64,000 nt of DNA from an uncultured Clostridia bacterium (GCA_945929845.1 CAMEON010000003.1:16723-80722), one strand, 5' to 3'; numbered from the stretch's first letter, positions 46,164 through 56,525 are shown. Notes: generated by a model from the letters alone, not told the origin. Numbers and translations are program-made.

Positions 46164-46703
46164 TCAGAACAGATTGCCCAGAAGGACGATTCCTTCAGAG
46201 AAAGCTAAGTCCAGAAGACCGACCAGCACAGTCAGGATCAGGATGATGACAACGACGACGATGGAATTTTTCTTCAGCTTGTCCTTGGGACACCAGACGA
46301 TCTTCCCGCACTCGCTCCGGATAGCCTTGAACCACACCGGGATCTTGGCACGGAAGACGATGGCCAGAACCACGAGAGCCACGAGGATCACGCCGCCCAC
46401 GACCAGGTTCACGATCCCGGTGGTGTGGTCAACCTTCCCTGTGGTACCGGACGAAGCGTTGGTGACAGCTTCCGTCTGGGTCTCGCCTGTGGTCTCCGCA
46501 GAGGAGCCAGCCTCGGTGCCCTCCTCTGCCTCCGATTCGTCCCCGGTCTCAGCGACGGTTACCTCCTCGGTCACATCGGTGGCATCCCCTTCCTCGGCGG
46601 AAGCCGTTACAACCGTCATGCACATCATGGACACCATGACAAAGACAGCCATCAGAACGGCGAGGAGCGCGGTCAGCTTTTTTCTGCTGCTAATTGCGTT
46701 CAT
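46164..46703 (-). CDS. secE: Preprotein translocase subunit SecE with a ~115-aa N-terminal extension (two extra TM helices and an acidic loop)
   Basis: The C-terminal WFKAIRSECGKIVWCPKDKLKKNSIVVVVIILILTVLVGLLDLAF is the SecE core. The long form is supported by RBS GGGGAGGA 6 nt before the ATG at 46703. No Met codon was seen between residue ~29 and the SecE core, and the in-frame GTG codons there lack an evident RBS. Confidence 0.85.
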   Translation of the reverse strand: MNAISSRKKLTALLAVLMAVFVMVSMMCMTVVTASAEEGDATDVTEEVTVAETGDESEAEEGTEAGSSAETTGETQTEAVTNASSGTTGKVDHTTGIVNLVVGGVILVALVVLAIVFRAKIPVWFKAIRSECGKIVWCPKDKLKKNSIVVVVIILILTVLVGLLDLAFSEGIVLLGNLF

Positions 46704-46719
46704 CTTTTATCCTCCCCGC

Positions 46720-46881
46720 TCACTTGGATTCTTTGTGCAGAGTGTGCTTGCGGCAGAATTTGCAATACTTCTTCAGTTCAAGTCTGTCGGGGTCATTCTT
46801 CTTGTTCTTCTTTGTGTCGTAGTTTCTCTGCTTGCACTCGGTGCAAACCAGAGTCACCTTGACTCTTGCTTCATTAGCCAT
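46720..46881 (-). CDS. rpmG: 50S ribosomal protein L33
   Basis: [53 protein letters not shown]. Start at 46881 with RBS GGGAGGTG. Confidence 0.95.
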   Translation of the reverse strand: MANEARVKVTLVCTECKQRNYDTKKNKKNDPDRLELKKYCKFCRKHTLHKESK

Positions 46882-47050
46882 ACTATCGGCACCTCCCATT
46901 AAAAATTTCTTACAGACCGGCAAAGACATGGCCATCCGGTCTGCGCAGGCTGAAAGCCCGCTGTGTACCTCCCTCCGAATGCGCCGTGCGCCCGCCTTGT
47001 GGCGCAAGATCCCGGACGCAACAAAAAAAGCCCATCACAGAGGTAGAGGT

Positions 47051-47079
47051 ATTATATCACATTTTCTCCCCGCTGTCAA
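47051..47079 (-). promoter_or_regulatory. SigA-type promoter of rpmG-secE-nusG-rplKA
   Basis: Minus strand: TTGACA (47079-47074), 17 nt, TGA-TATAAT (47056-47051), with an A/T-rich UP-like stretch upstream. The leader is ~170 nt. Confidence 0.75.
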
Positions 47080-47117
47080 TACTTTTTTCAAAAAATGTCC
47101 CGGTCGGCTTCAGCCTT

Positions 47118-47368
47118 GTTACAGTTCACCTACCCCCCGCCGTGCGCTCCCTTTTCCGCCGTAGAGCGGGGCGAGGGGCCCCCGCGAAGGCGTTTCTGCT
47201 GTTTTGGGCATCAGCAACGCTGGCTCCTTTGGAAAAACGACAACAAATATATGACAGAATAACGCTTCGAATCATACACAATACCTGTTTTGAAAGTTCT
47301 TGAGGGGTGTGGGGAACTTCTTTCAAGAAGTTCCCCACCGCATCCCGTACCCCCACTTGAACTGTAAC
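47118..47368 (-). repeat. MITE-like repeat, full-length copy C (inverted orientation)
   Basis: GTTACAGTTCACC...CTTGAACTGTAAC. The hairpins are at 47311-47336 and 47166-47185. It is flanked by CAGCCTT on both sides. Confidence 0.85.
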
Positions 47369-47653
47369 CAGCCTTGTTACAGTTCAACCAGGCGGCTTTG
47401 AAACAATCGCATAACCTCATGCTTCATATGTGTCATACTTTGCATTTCGGACGGATATGGAATCTGCCCCAATAACGGTAGGGGCGAACTGTGTTCGCCC
47501 GCATGGAACTGGGCGACCACATCCGTATACGGCGGTCGCCCCTACCATTGTAAAAACCTGTACGGAATATCATATGATACGGTTATTCCACGGCCACCAG
47601 GCTGAACTGTAAAACCTGAACTGTAATTTTTATATAAAGTGCGATGAAGCCTC

Positions 47654-47703
47654 TTGACAAATACCCTCCGGGGGTATATAATATACATACCCTCCGGGGG
47701 TAT
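47654..47703 (+). promoter_or_regulatory. csoR-copA promoter with two CsoR operator copies
   Basis: TTGACA (47654-47659), 17 nt, TATAAT (47677-47682). ATACCCTCCGGGGGTAT occurs twice (47661-47677 and 47687-47703) and matches the B. subtilis copZA CsoR operator TACCC-N-GGGGGTA as recalled. Confidence 0.8.
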
Positions 47704-47721
47704 TTGAAAGGAGAAAACCGT

Positions 47722-48087
47722 ATGGATGATATGCAGACAAGCACCAATGAGGGAGAAAGTGACGCAGAGGATGTCGGGAAGGCAGGCGATTGCTGTTGCT
47801 GTGGGCAGGACAAGACCACCCCGCGCACCGAAGATGAGAAAAAGAAGCTGTTGAACCGGCTGAAGCGCATCGAGGGGCAGGTGCGGGGACTTCAGGCCAT
47901 GATCGAGCGGGATGCGTACTGCAACGATGTGCTGAACCAGTCGGCGGCGGTGAGTGCGGCGATTCACGCCTTCAACCGGGAGCTGTTGTCCCGTCATATC
48001 CACACCTGCGTGGCCAGGGACATCCGGGAGGGAAAGGATGAGGTCATTGACGAGCTGACCGACACCCTCTTCAAGCTGATGCGGTAA
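47722..48087 (+). CDS. csoR: Copper-sensing repressor CsoR
   Basis: LLNRLKRIEGQVRGLQAMIERDAYCNDVLNQSAAVSAAIHAFNRELLSRHIHTCV carries the Cys-His-Cys Cu(I) ligand pattern. Start at 47722 (RBS AAAGGAG). Confidence 0.9.
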   Translation: MDDMQTSTNEGESDAEDVGKAGDCCCCGQDKTTPRTEDEKKKLLNRLKRIEGQVRGLQAMIERDAYCNDVLNQSAAVSAAIHAFNRELLSRHIHTCVARDIREGKDEVIDELTDTLFKLMR

Positions 48088-48165
48088 GCCGTTCGTCCGG
48101 CCCATGTATAGGGTCGGGGAAGGCAGGGAATCAATAAGTATGTACAGAAAAGTGAGGTCTTATCA

Positions 48166-50727
48166 ATGGTACAATATCGTGTGACCGGCATGAGCTGTGC
48201 GGCGTGCAGCAACCGGGTAGAAAAAGCGGTGTCCAAGGTGCCCGGCGTCACCTCCTGCTCGGTCAGCCTGCTGACCAACTCCATGGGCGTGGAGGGAACA
48301 GCCACGGCTCAGGCCGTCATTGCCGCCGTGGAAGCGGCGGGATATGGGGCTTCCCTGAAGGACGACCCCAAAGAGAGCACAAAGGGAGGTCGGTCAGCCT
48401 CTGCCGAGGAGGCGCTGGCGGACAGGGAAACGCCGGTGCTCCGGCGACGGCTGATCGCCTCCATCCTGTTCCTTGTGGTGCTCATGTACTTCTCCATGGG
48501 ACACATGATGTGGGGCTGGCCTCTGCCGTCCTGGTTTGACGGCAACCATGTGGCTATGGGTCTGGTTCAGCTCCTGCTGGCCGCCATCATCATGGTCATC
48601 AACCAGAAGTTTTTCATAAACGGCGTGCGGGGTGTCCTGCATAAGGCACCCAACATGGACACGCTGGTCTCCCTTGGCTCGGCGGCCTCCTTTATCTGGA
48701 GCGTGATTGCCCTCTTCATGATGACGGACGCTCAGGTGAAGGGGGATATGGAGCGTGTCATGGTGCTGATGGACGAGTTCTACTTTGAGTCCGCCGCCAT
48801 GATCCTGACCCTGATCCTTGTGGGCAAGATGCTGGAGTCCCGCTCCAAGGGAAAGACCACCGACGCACTGAAGAGCCTGATGCGGCTGGCCCCCAAGCAG
48901 GCCACCCTTGTGAAGGACGGGGCAGAGGTCACTGTCCCGGTGGAGCAGGTCAGGCAGGGGGACATTTTCGTGGTTCGTCCGGGGGAAAGCATCCCAGTGG
49001 ACGGCGTAGTCCTGGAGGGTCAAGGGGCAGTGGACGAGTCTGCACTGACCGGGGAGAGCATACCCGCAGACAAGGCGGTCGGCGACCCGGTGTCAGCGGC
49101 CACCATCAACCAGTCCGGCTTCCTCCGGTGCCAGGCTTCCCGTGTGGGGGAGGACACCACCCTGTCTCAGATCATCAAAATGGTCAGTGATGCCGCCGCC
49201 ACCAAGGCCCCCATTGCCAAGATCGCCGACCGTGTGTCCGGCGTGTTTGTCCCCATCGTCATAGGCATCTCCCTTGTGACGCTGGCTGTCTGGCTCCTCA
49301 TCGGGCAGACCTTTGCCTATGCCCTGGCCAGGGCTATCTCCGTGCTGGTCATTAGCTGTCCCTGCGCCCTGGGTCTGGCTACGCCGGTGGCCATTGTGGT
49401 GGGCAACGGGCTGGGAGCGAAGAATGGCATCCTGTTCAAGACCGCCGTGTCTCTGGAGGAGGCAGGCAAGGTCAGGATCGTGGCACTGGACAAGACCGGC
49501 ACCATTACCAAAGGACAGCCCCAGGTGACAGACCTGCTCCCTGCCGACGGACAGACAGAGGAAACGCTGTTGCGGGTCGCCTGCGCCCTGGAGCGGAAAA
49601 GCGAGCACCCCCTGGCCCGGGCTGTGTGCGCCTACGGGGAGGAGAGGACGGTTCCCGCCGAGGAGGTGGCGGACTTCACCGCCCTGCCGGGCAACGGTCT
49701 CTCTGCCACCCTTGGCGGGGAGCGGCTGGTGGGCGGCAGTGTGAAGTATGTGGGCGACCTCCTGCCCATTCCCGAGTCCATGCGGCAGGCGGCCGACCGG
49801 CTGGCCGGGAGCGGAAAGACCCCTCTGGTGTTCGTCAAAGGGCAGGAGCTGATAGGCATCATCGCCGTAGCCGACACCGTCAAGGAGGACAGCCCCCGGG
49901 CCATCCGGGAGCTGCGGCGCATGGGCATCCGGGTGGTCATGCTGACCGGTGACAATCAGCGCACCGCCAAGGCCATCGGGGCGCAGGCGGGAGTGGATGA
50001 GGTCATCGCCGGTGTACTGCCGGACGGCAAGGAAAGCGTCATCCGGGATCTGAAAAAGCAGGGCAAGGTGGCCATGGTGGGCGATGGTATCAACGATGCC
50101 CCTGCCCTGACTGCGGCGGACATCGGTATGGCCATCGGTGCCGGGACAGATGTAGCCATAGATGCGGCGGATGTGGTGCTGATGAAGAGTACCCTGGCCG
50201 ATGTCCCGGCGGCCATCCGCCTGAGCCGTGCCACCCTGCGCAACATCCATGAGAATCTGTTCTGGGCCTTCATCTACAACATCATCGGCATTCCGCTGGC
50301 CGCCGGTGTGTTCGTGGGTCTGGGACTGACACTGAACCCCATGTTCGCGGCGGCGGCCATGAGCCTTTCCAGCGTCTGCGTGGTCTCCAACGCCCTGCGG
50401 CTGAATTTCAAGAAACTGTACCCCGCCAAGCCGGATGAGGCGGCCGAGCATGACGAAAAGGCCGGAGAGACCGCCCCTCCGGTCGATCAACCACAGACAC
50501 CCCCGGCGTCTGCGGCCCTGACCCGTACTCTGCGCATCCAGGGCATGATGTGCGGCCACTGTGAGAACCGTGTCCGTCAGGCACTGGAAGCTCTGCCGCA
50601 GGTGGATGCCGCCACCGTCAGCTACAAGGAGGGAACGGCGGTGGTCACACTGAACCAGGCGGTGGACGATGCCGCTCTGAAAAAGGCGGTGGAGGATCAG
50701 GATTACCAGGTGCTATCCATCCGGTAA
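48166..50727 (+). CDS. copA: Cu+-exporting P1B-1 ATPase CopA with both N-terminal and C-terminal HMA domains
   Basis: [18 protein letters not shown] ([11 protein letters not shown]), [30 protein letters not shown] and a C-terminal [15 protein letters not shown]. Confidence 0.93.
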   Translation: MVQYRVTGMSCAACSNRVEKAVSKVPGVTSCSVSLLTNSMGVEGTATAQAVIAAVEAAGYGASLKDDPKESTKGGRSASAEEALADRETPVLRRRLIASILFLVVLMYFSMGHMMWGWPLPSWFDGNHVAMGLVQLLLAAIIMVINQKFFINGVRGVLHKAPNMDTLVSLGSAASFIWSVIALFMMTDAQVKGDMERVMVLMDEFYFESAAMILTLILVGKMLESRSKGKTTDALKSLMRLAPKQATLVKDGAEVTVPVEQVRQGDIFVVRPGESIPVDGVVLEGQGAVDESALTGESIPADKAVGDPVSAATINQSGFLRCQASRVGEDTTLSQIIKMVSDAAATKAPIAKIADRVSGVFVPIVIGISLVTLAVWLLIGQTFAYALARAISVLVISCPCALGLATPVAIVVGNGLGAKNGILFKTAVSLEEAGKVRIVALDKTGTITKGQPQVTDLLPADGQTEETLLRVACALERKSEHPLARAVCAYGEERTVPAEEVADFTALPGNGLSATLGGERLVGGSVKYVGDLLPIPESMRQAADRLAGSGKTPLVFVKGQELIGIIAVADTVKEDSPRAIRELRRMGIRVVMLTGDNQRTAKAIGAQAGVDEVIAGVLPDGKESVIRDLKKQGKVAMVGDGINDAPALTAADIGMAIGAGTDVAIDAADVVLMKSTLADVPAAIRLSRATLRNIHENLFWAFIYNIIGIPLAAGVFVGLGLTLNPMFAAAAMSLSSVCVVSNALRLNFKKLYPAKPDEAAEHDEKAGETAPPVDQPQTPPASAALTRTLRIQGMMCGHCENRVRQALEALPQVDAATVSYKEGTAVVTLNQAVDDAALKKAVEDQDYQVLSIR

Positions 50728-50748
50728 GAATATATACCGTAGTATTTC

Positions 50749-50775
50749 GGGGCTTCCGTTTGATGCGGAAGCCCC
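50749..50775 (+). terminator. Hairpin after copA (terminator-like, but with no clear U-tract)
   Basis: GGGGCTTCCG-tttgat-CGGAAGCCCC. Confidence 0.4.
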
Positions 50776-50781
50776 CTCTGA

Positions 50782-50853
50782 GTTACAGTTCAGGTAGGGT
50801 ACGGGAGAACACCAGGGCTGTTCTTCTCAAGAAGTTCCCCACCGTATCCTTCG
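50782..50853 (+). repeat. Truncated MITE copy F (5' end only)
   Basis: GTTACAGTTCAGGTAGGGTACGGGAGAAC is identical to the start of copy B. It is followed by a degenerate right hairpin arm, CTCAAGAAGTTCCCC. Confidence 0.75.
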
Positions 50854-50859
50854 TTCCCC

Positions 50860-51363
50860 TTACGGAATGATAGCGGCCACGCCGTAGGAGATGAGAGTCA
50901 TGACCACGCCAGCCACCAGGACACCGATGAGGGCGGAGAGGAAGGCGCGCCAGAACTTCATATCCATGATAGCGGCCACAAGGGAGCCTGTCCAGGCTCC
51001 GGTGCCGGGCAGAGGAATGGCGACGAACAGCACCAGTCCCAGGGAGGCGTACTTTTCCACCTTCCCCCGGTTCTTCTCCGCCTTGCGGAACAGCCAGCCG
51101 GCCACCTTATTGAAGGCCTTTACCCGGCATTTGGACATCCAGGTCAGTATGCCCTTGATGAACAGCAGGATGAAGGGAACCGGCAGAATGTTCCCGATGA
51201 CACTGATGAGGTAGGTCTGCCAGAAGGGCAGGCCGAAGCCGGCCCCCAGGGGAATGGCTCCCCGCAGTTCAATGATAGGAAGCAGGGAGCAGAAAAACAC
51301 GCACCACTCCCGGCCTACGGTCTCCAGAAAAAAATTCGCAATCGCTTCTTTCACAGGAAACAT
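50860..51363 (-). CDS. Small multidrug-export-family membrane protein (COG2426 / Sm_multidrug_ex)
   Basis: LPIIELRGAIPLGAGFGLPFW...NILPVPFILLF; 167 aa; 4-5 TM. Confidence 0.65.
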   Translation of the reverse strand: MFPVKEAIANFFLETVGREWCVFFCSLLPIIELRGAIPLGAGFGLPFWQTYLISVIGNILPVPFILLFIKGILTWMSKCRVKAFNKVAGWLFRKAEKNRGKVEKYASLGLVLFVAIPLPGTGAWTGSLVAAIMDMKFWRAFLSALIGVLVAGVVMTLISYGVAAIIP

Positions 51364-51432
51364 CCTCCGGATGAGCCGCAGACCACAGGGGTGCGGCTTC
51401 TTTATGGAACCGCCGAATCAATCAGCGGTTCC

Positions 51433-52164
51433 TTATTTATGAAGCTCAAAGCTGCCGTTCATCAGCAACAGGAAGGCAACCACGCAGGCCGCCACCACGG
51501 CCAGACCCAGGACAAGCACCAGGACACTGCGCCGGTTCATGTGGAGGTGATTGGCCTCCGGTACAGCGGAAGCGGGCAACATCCGTGCCCGGCGAAGGGC
51601 AACGGACACCGGGCGGTACAGGATCATCACCAGTCCGGCATTGAGCAGAGATTTCACGAGGTTGAAGGGCAACAGCAGGGTCGGGATCATGGTGATCACG
51701 GTCTTGACCGGTGCGTGCATATAAAGCGGCGTGATTACGATGTTCAGAAGGATCATGACCGCTGTCATGGACACCACAGCGGCGCAAAGGCCGACGATGG
51801 CACTGTTCAGGGTGTGCCGTCTTCTGTACACCGCACTGGCCACCACGCTGAAAGCGGCTGACGACAGGAAGTTCATGATGAAGCCGTAGAATCCGGTATC
51901 GCTGACGGTGATCATCTCGATCAGGGCGACCACCAGAGAGATCAGCGCACCGGCCCAGGGGCCGAACATCATAGCGGCAAGGGTGATCACGGCATCCTTG
52001 GCGTCAAAGGTCAGAAAGGACACCTTGATGCGCAGGACGAACATGGTAGCAAAGGCCAGCGCCGCAAAGACAGCGAGCAGAACCATTTGCTTGATCTTCA
52101 TGTTGGTATTGAGCTGTTCGTGGGCGGCCACAGCAGGCCCGCCCTGTTTGTTGAAGTGAGACAT
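51433..52164 (-). CDS. ECF-transporter S (substrate-capture) component, putatively cobalamin-specific (CbrT-like) from its leader
   Basis: S-component-like core with 6 TM (FDAKDAVITLAAMMFGPWAGALISLVVALIEM...) plus a ~55-aa C-terminal extension with one more TM. RBS GGGGAGG. No ECF A/T genes are nearby. Confidence 0.6.
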   Translation of the reverse strand: MSHFNKQGGPAVAAHEQLNTNMKIKQMVLLAVFAALAFATMFVLRIKVSFLTFDAKDAVITLAAMMFGPWAGALISLVVALIEMITVSDTGFYGFIMNFLSSAAFSVVASAVYRRRHTLNSAIVGLCAAVVSMTAVMILLNIVITPLYMHAPVKTVITMIPTLLLPFNLVKSLLNAGLVMILYRPVSVALRRARMLPASAVPEANHLHMNRRSVLVLVLGLAVVAACVVAFLLLMNGSFELHK

Positions 52165-52284
52165 AGGTTATAACCTCCCCGATTCGGTGTGCGTAAGGCA
52201 CCAAACAGAGAGAATCGCCGCACGACCCCTGGGGCCGACGACCGACGGCCGGCATCACCGGCACATCCGTTCAAGCTGTGCGCA

Positions 52285-52450
52285 AAACGCCCGGGCAGGA
52301 CAAAAGCCGCCGGGCTGACACCGCTTTTATCTTCTCCCATCCAGACTGTAACTGTCGATGCAGGAATTGCACCTGCTCAGCCTGCGCCGTGTGGCACAGG
52401 GTCGCGGATTTTTACCGCCGGTATGGAATTTCACCAATCCCCGAATATTT
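52285..52450 (-). promoter_or_regulatory. Cobalamin-riboswitch-like aptamer. The expression platform continues to the RBS at about 52175.
   Basis: Minus strand: GGGGATTGGTGAAATTCCATACCGGCGGTAA...GCGA, ...ACAGT...GGATGGGAGAAG and the B12-box-like CAGCCCGG...GTCCTGCCCGG. These have the same order and wording as E. coli btuB (GGGAATCCAGTGCGAATCTGG..CGCAGCGGTAA..GCGA, CACTGCC..GGTGGGAAG, AAGCCCGAAGACCTGCCGG) as recalled. Confidence 0.6.
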
Positions 52451-52502
52451 TTAATTAGAAATCATTGGATCCCCTGCCCGGTTCCCCGGTGCGGTGGGTG
52501 CG

Positions 52503-52545
52503 GAAAAACAGGATCCGGCAGGCAGACTGTACATCCGCCTGCCGG
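52503..52545 (-). terminator. Probable tuf terminator
   Basis: Minus strand: CCGGCAGGC-ggatgtacagtct-GCCTGCCGG followed by ATCCTGTTTTT. Confidence 0.6.
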
Positions 52546-52594
52546 GGCAGGGTTCCGACAAGTATCTGTCAGAACCGGTTTCTGATCATAGTGA

Positions 52595-53800
52595 TCAGGC
52601 GATGATCTCGGAGACGACGCCGGAACCGACGGTACGGCCGCCCTCACGGATAGCGAAGCGGAGACCCAGCTCGCAGGCCACGGGGGTGATCAGCTCCACG
52701 GTCATATCCACATTATCGCCGGGACGGCACATCTCAACGCCCTCGGGCAGCTGGATGGTGCCGGTCACATCGGTGGTTCTGAAGTAGAACTGCGGGCGGT
52801 AGCCAGCGAAGAAGGGCTTGGAACGGCCGCCTTCCTTCTCACTCAGGACATACACATGACCCTTGAAGGAGGTGTGGGGGTGCACGGTGCCGGGCTTAGC
52901 CAGAACCTGACCTCTCTCGATGCCGTCCTTAGCGATACCACGGAGCAGAGCACCGATGTTGTCACCAGCCTCAGCCTGGGGCAGCAGCTTGTGGAACATT
53001 TCCACACCGGTCACCACGGTGGTGACCTTCTCCTCGGTCAGACCGACGATCTCAACGGTATCGTTGACCTTCAGCGTACCTCTCTCCACACGGCCGGTAG
53101 CCACAGTACCACGACCGGAGATAGAGAACACATCCTCCACAGGCATCAGGAAGGGCTTATCAGCCTGACGGTCGGGGGTGGGGATATAGTCATCCACAGC
53201 ATCCATCAGCTCCAGGATGCAAGCATACTCGGGAGCGTTCAGGTCGGTGCTGGTGGATTCCAGAGCGTTACGGGCGGAGCCACGGATGATCGGAATATCA
53301 TCACCGGGGAAGTCGTAGGAAGACAGCAGGTCACGAACCTCCATCTCCACCAGATCCAGCAGCTCTTCATCGTCGACCAGGTCGGTCTTGTTCATGAACA
53401 CAACGATGGCAGGCACGCCGACCTGACGAGCCAGCAGCACATGCTCACGGGTCTGAGCAAGAGGGCCATCGGTAGCGGCCACGACCAGGATAGCACCGTC
53501 CATCTGGGCAGCACCGGTGATCATGTTCTTCACATAGTCAGCGTGCCCGGGGCAGTCCACATGGGCATAGTGACGCTTGTCGGTCTCGTACTCGACGTGA
53601 CGGGTGTTGATTGTGATACCACGAGCCTTCTCCTCGGGAGCGTTGTCGATCTGGTCATACGCCATGAACTCGTTCTTGCCGTTCTTCAGGGACAGGGTCT
53701 TGGTGATAGCGGCGGTCAGGGTGGTCTTACCATGGTCGACATGTCCGATGGTACCAATGTTAACGTGGGGCTTTGTACGCTCAAATGTAGCCTTTGCCAT
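52595..53800 (-). CDS. tuf: Elongation factor Tu
   Basis: [33 protein letters not shown].... The start is reassigned to the ATG at 53800 (RBS GGAGGA 8 nt upstream). The ATG at 53809 abuts the RBS. Confidence 0.97.
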   Translation of the reverse strand: MAKATFERTKPHVNIGTIGHVDHGKTTLTAAITKTLSLKNGKNEFMAYDQIDNAPEEKARGITINTRHVEYETDKRHYAHVDCPGHADYVKNMITGAAQMDGAILVVAATDGPLAQTREHVLLARQVGVPAIVVFMNKTDLVDDEELLDLVEMEVRDLLSSYDFPGDDIPIIRGSARNALESTSTDLNAPEYACILELMDAVDDYIPTPDRQADKPFLMPVEDVFSISGRGTVATGRVERGTLKVNDTVEIVGLTEEKVTTVVTGVEMFHKLLPQAEAGDNIGALLRGIAKDGIERGQVLAKPGTVHPHTSFKGHVYVLSEKEGGRSKPFFAGYRPQFYFRTTDVTGTIQLPEGVEMCRPGDNVDMTVELITPVACELGLRFAIREGGRTVGSGVVSEIIA

Positions 53801-53908
53801 TGTAAACATCCTCCATAAAATTAGTTTTTGATTTGATATTGGACTTATATAAAGGGTTCTCAGAAATCAGGCGATCCCGGCGCACCGGCCGGGTGCCTGT
53901 GATGCGGG

Positions 53909-55996
53909 TCAGCCCTGAGCCTTCCCGCGGGCCTTGATGATCTCCTCCTGGATGCTCTTCGGCACTTCTGCGAAGTGGCTGGGCTCCATGGAGTAGATAC
54001 CGCGACCCTGCGTCTTGGAACGCAGATCGGTTGCATAACCGAACATATTGGACAGCGGCACATGTGCGGTGATCTCCTCCACACCGCCGCTGGCTGCCTC
54101 CATGGTCAGGATCTGACCACGGCGGGAGTTGAAATCGCCGATGACATCGCCCATGTACTCTTCAGGCACAATGGTGACCACCTTCATCACAGGCTCGGTC
54201 AGGACGGGATCTGCCTTGCGCATAGCCTCCTTGAAGGCCATGGAGCCGGCGATCTTGAACGCCATTTCCGAGGAGTCCACCTCGTGGTAGGATCCATCGT
54301 ACAGGGTGACCTTCACATCCACCACATTGTAACCGGCAAGCACGCCGCTCTGCATAGCACCCTGGATACCGGCATCCACCGCAGGAATGAACTCCTTGGG
54401 GATGGAACCGCCCACCACAGCGTTGACGAACTCGTAGCCCTTGCCCGGCTCGTTGGGTTCGATGGTGATCTTGACATGTCCGTACTGGCCGGAGCCGCCG
54501 GACTGCCGCTTGTACTTGGTCTCCTGATCCACCTTCTTGCGGATGGTCTCCTTGTAGGCGACCTGGGGCTTACCGATATTGGCCTCCACCTTGAACTCAC
54601 GGAGCATACGCTCCACGATGATCTGAAGGTGCAGTTCGCCCATACCGGCGATGATGGTCTGTCCGGTCTCCTCGTCCGTCCAGGTACGGAAGGTGGGATC
54701 CTCCTCTGCCAGCTTGGCCAGAGCGATACCCATCTTCTCCTGACCGGCACGGGTCTTGGGCTCGATGGCCACACGGATGACAGGCTCCGGGAACTCCATG
54801 GACTCCAGGATGATGGGATGCTTCTCGTCGCAGAAGGTGTCGCCGGTGGTGGTGTTCTTCACACCGATGGCGGCGGCAATGTCACCTGTATAGCAGGTGT
54901 CAATATCCGTCCGGTCGTTGGCATGCATCATCAGGATACGACCCAGCCGCTCCCGCTTGCCCTTGGTGGAGTTATACACGATATCTCCGGCGTTGACAGT
55001 ACCCGAGTACACACGGAAGTAGCACAGCTTGCCCACGAAGGGGTCAGTCATGATCTTGAAGGCCAGTGCGGAGAAGGGCGCATTGTCGTCCGCCTTCCGG
55101 CTGTCCTCCTCACCGGTGGCGGGATCAACACCGGTCACATCGGGAATGTCTGTCGGGGCGGGCATGTAGTCCACCACGGCATCCAGCAGCTTCTGCACGC
55201 CCTTGTTGCGGTACGAGGAGCCACAGCAGACCGGCACGACCTGGTTGGCGATGGTGGCCTTCCGGATGGCACCCTTGATCTCCTCTACGGTCAGCTCTTC
55301 GCCTTCCAGGTACTTCTCCATCAGGGTATCATCGGTCTCGGCGACCTTTTCCACCAGCTCATCGCGGTACTGCTGAGCCAGCTCCTTCATATCCTCGGGA
55401 ATGGGCTCTACACGCACATCCTTGCCGTCCACATCGTAGTACACATCGGCCTCCATGTTGACCAGGTCGATGATGCCCCGGAAGGTCATTTCCTTGCCGA
55501 TGGGAAGCTGGATGGGAAGCGGATTGGCATGGAGTCTCTCCTTCATCATGTCAATGACACGGAAGAAGTTTGCGCCGGTGATGTCCATCTTGTTGACATA
55601 GGCCATACGCGGCACATGGTACTTATCAGCCTGACGCCACACGGTCTCAGACTGAGGTTCAACACCGCCCTTGGCGCAGAAGACCGTCACGGAGCCGTCC
55701 AGCACACGCAGGGAACGCTCCACCTCGACGGTGAAATCCACATGCCCGGGGGTATCGATGATGTTGATCCGATGCTCCTTCCAGTAGCAGGTGGTAGCGG
55801 CAGAAGTGATGGTGATACCTCTCTCCTGCTCCTCTTCCATCCAGTCCATGGTGGCCGCACCCTCATGCACCTCGCCCAGCTTGTGAGTTTTGCCGGTGTA
55901 GAAAAGAATACGCTCCGTTGTAGTGGTTTTTCCGGCGTCGATATGCGCCATGATGCCGATGTTGCGGGTTCGTTCAAGCGAATATTCCCTTGGCAT
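53909..55996 (-). CDS. fusA: Elongation factor G
   Basis: [35 protein letters not shown]...; 695 aa. Confidence 0.97.
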   Translation of the reverse strand: MPREYSLERTRNIGIMAHIDAGKTTTTERILFYTGKTHKLGEVHEGAATMDWMEEEQERGITITSAATTCYWKEHRINIIDTPGHVDFTVEVERSLRVLDGSVTVFCAKGGVEPQSETVWRQADKYHVPRMAYVNKMDITGANFFRVIDMMKERLHANPLPIQLPIGKEMTFRGIIDLVNMEADVYYDVDGKDVRVEPIPEDMKELAQQYRDELVEKVAETDDTLMEKYLEGEELTVEEIKGAIRKATIANQVVPVCCGSSYRNKGVQKLLDAVVDYMPAPTDIPDVTGVDPATGEEDSRKADDNAPFSALAFKIMTDPFVGKLCYFRVYSGTVNAGDIVYNSTKGKRERLGRILMMHANDRTDIDTCYTGDIAAAIGVKNTTTGDTFCDEKHPIILESMEFPEPVIRVAIEPKTRAGQEKMGIALAKLAEEDPTFRTWTDEETGQTIIAGMGELHLQIIVERMLREFKVEANIGKPQVAYKETIRKKVDQETKYKRQSGGSGQYGHVKITIEPNEPGKGYEFVNAVVGGSIPKEFIPAVDAGIQGAMQSGVLAGYNVVDVKVTLYDGSYHEVDSSEMAFKIAGSMAFKEAMRKADPVLTEPVMKVVTIVPEEYMGDVIGDFNSRRGQILTMEAASGGVEEITAHVPLSNMFGYATDLRSKTQGRGIYSMEPSHFAEVPKSIQEEIIKARGKAQG

Positions 55997-56054
55997 TACT
56001 TTTCTCCTTGGTTTTGAATTACGAAAGATTCAGCCTGCGGCAACTGCCCGCAGA

Positions 56055-56525
56055 TCAGTATCTGTAGTGGGCAAATGCCTTGTTGGCCTCTGCCATACGG
56101 TGAGTCTCTTCCTTCTTCTTGAAAGCGCCGCCCATACTGTTCTTGGCATCAATGATCTCATTGGCCAGTCTCTCAGCCATGGTGCGCTCCGAGCGGGTTC
56201 TGGAATAGGTGATGAGCCACCGCAGAGCCAGGGTCTGCTGGCGATCTGCCCGGACCTCCATCGGCACCTGGTAGGTGGAGCCGCCCACACGGCGGGCCTT
56301 CACTTCCAGCTCAGGCTTGATGTTGTCAATGGCTGCCTGGAACACCTCCAGGGGGTTCTGGCCGACCTTCTCTTCGATGATGCGGAAGGCATCATACACG
56401 ATGGTCTGTGCCACGCCCTTCTTGCCGTCATACATCACATTGTTCACCAGCTTGGTCACAAGCTTGGAGCCGTACAACGGATCCGGCAAGACATCTCTCT
56501 TGGATATAGAACCTCTTCTTGGCAC
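56055..56525 (-). CDS. rpsG: 30S ribosomal protein S7
   Basis: [40 protein letters not shown]... Confidence 0.97.
   Translation of the reverse strand: MPRRGSISKRDVLPDPLYGSKLVTKLVNNVMYDGKKGVAQTIVYDAFRIIEEKVGQNPLEVFQAAIDNIKPELEVKARRVGGSTYQVPMEVRADRQQTLALRWLITYSRTRSERTMAERLANEIIDAKNSMGGAFKKKEETHRMAEANKAFAHYRY

Noticed and set aside
24869-50853. The possibility that the dispersed repeats are a CRISPR array or remnants of one
   Set aside because: The copies are ~250 bp (or fragments), kilobases apart, in both orientations, and not separated by uniform short spacers. No cas genes are present.
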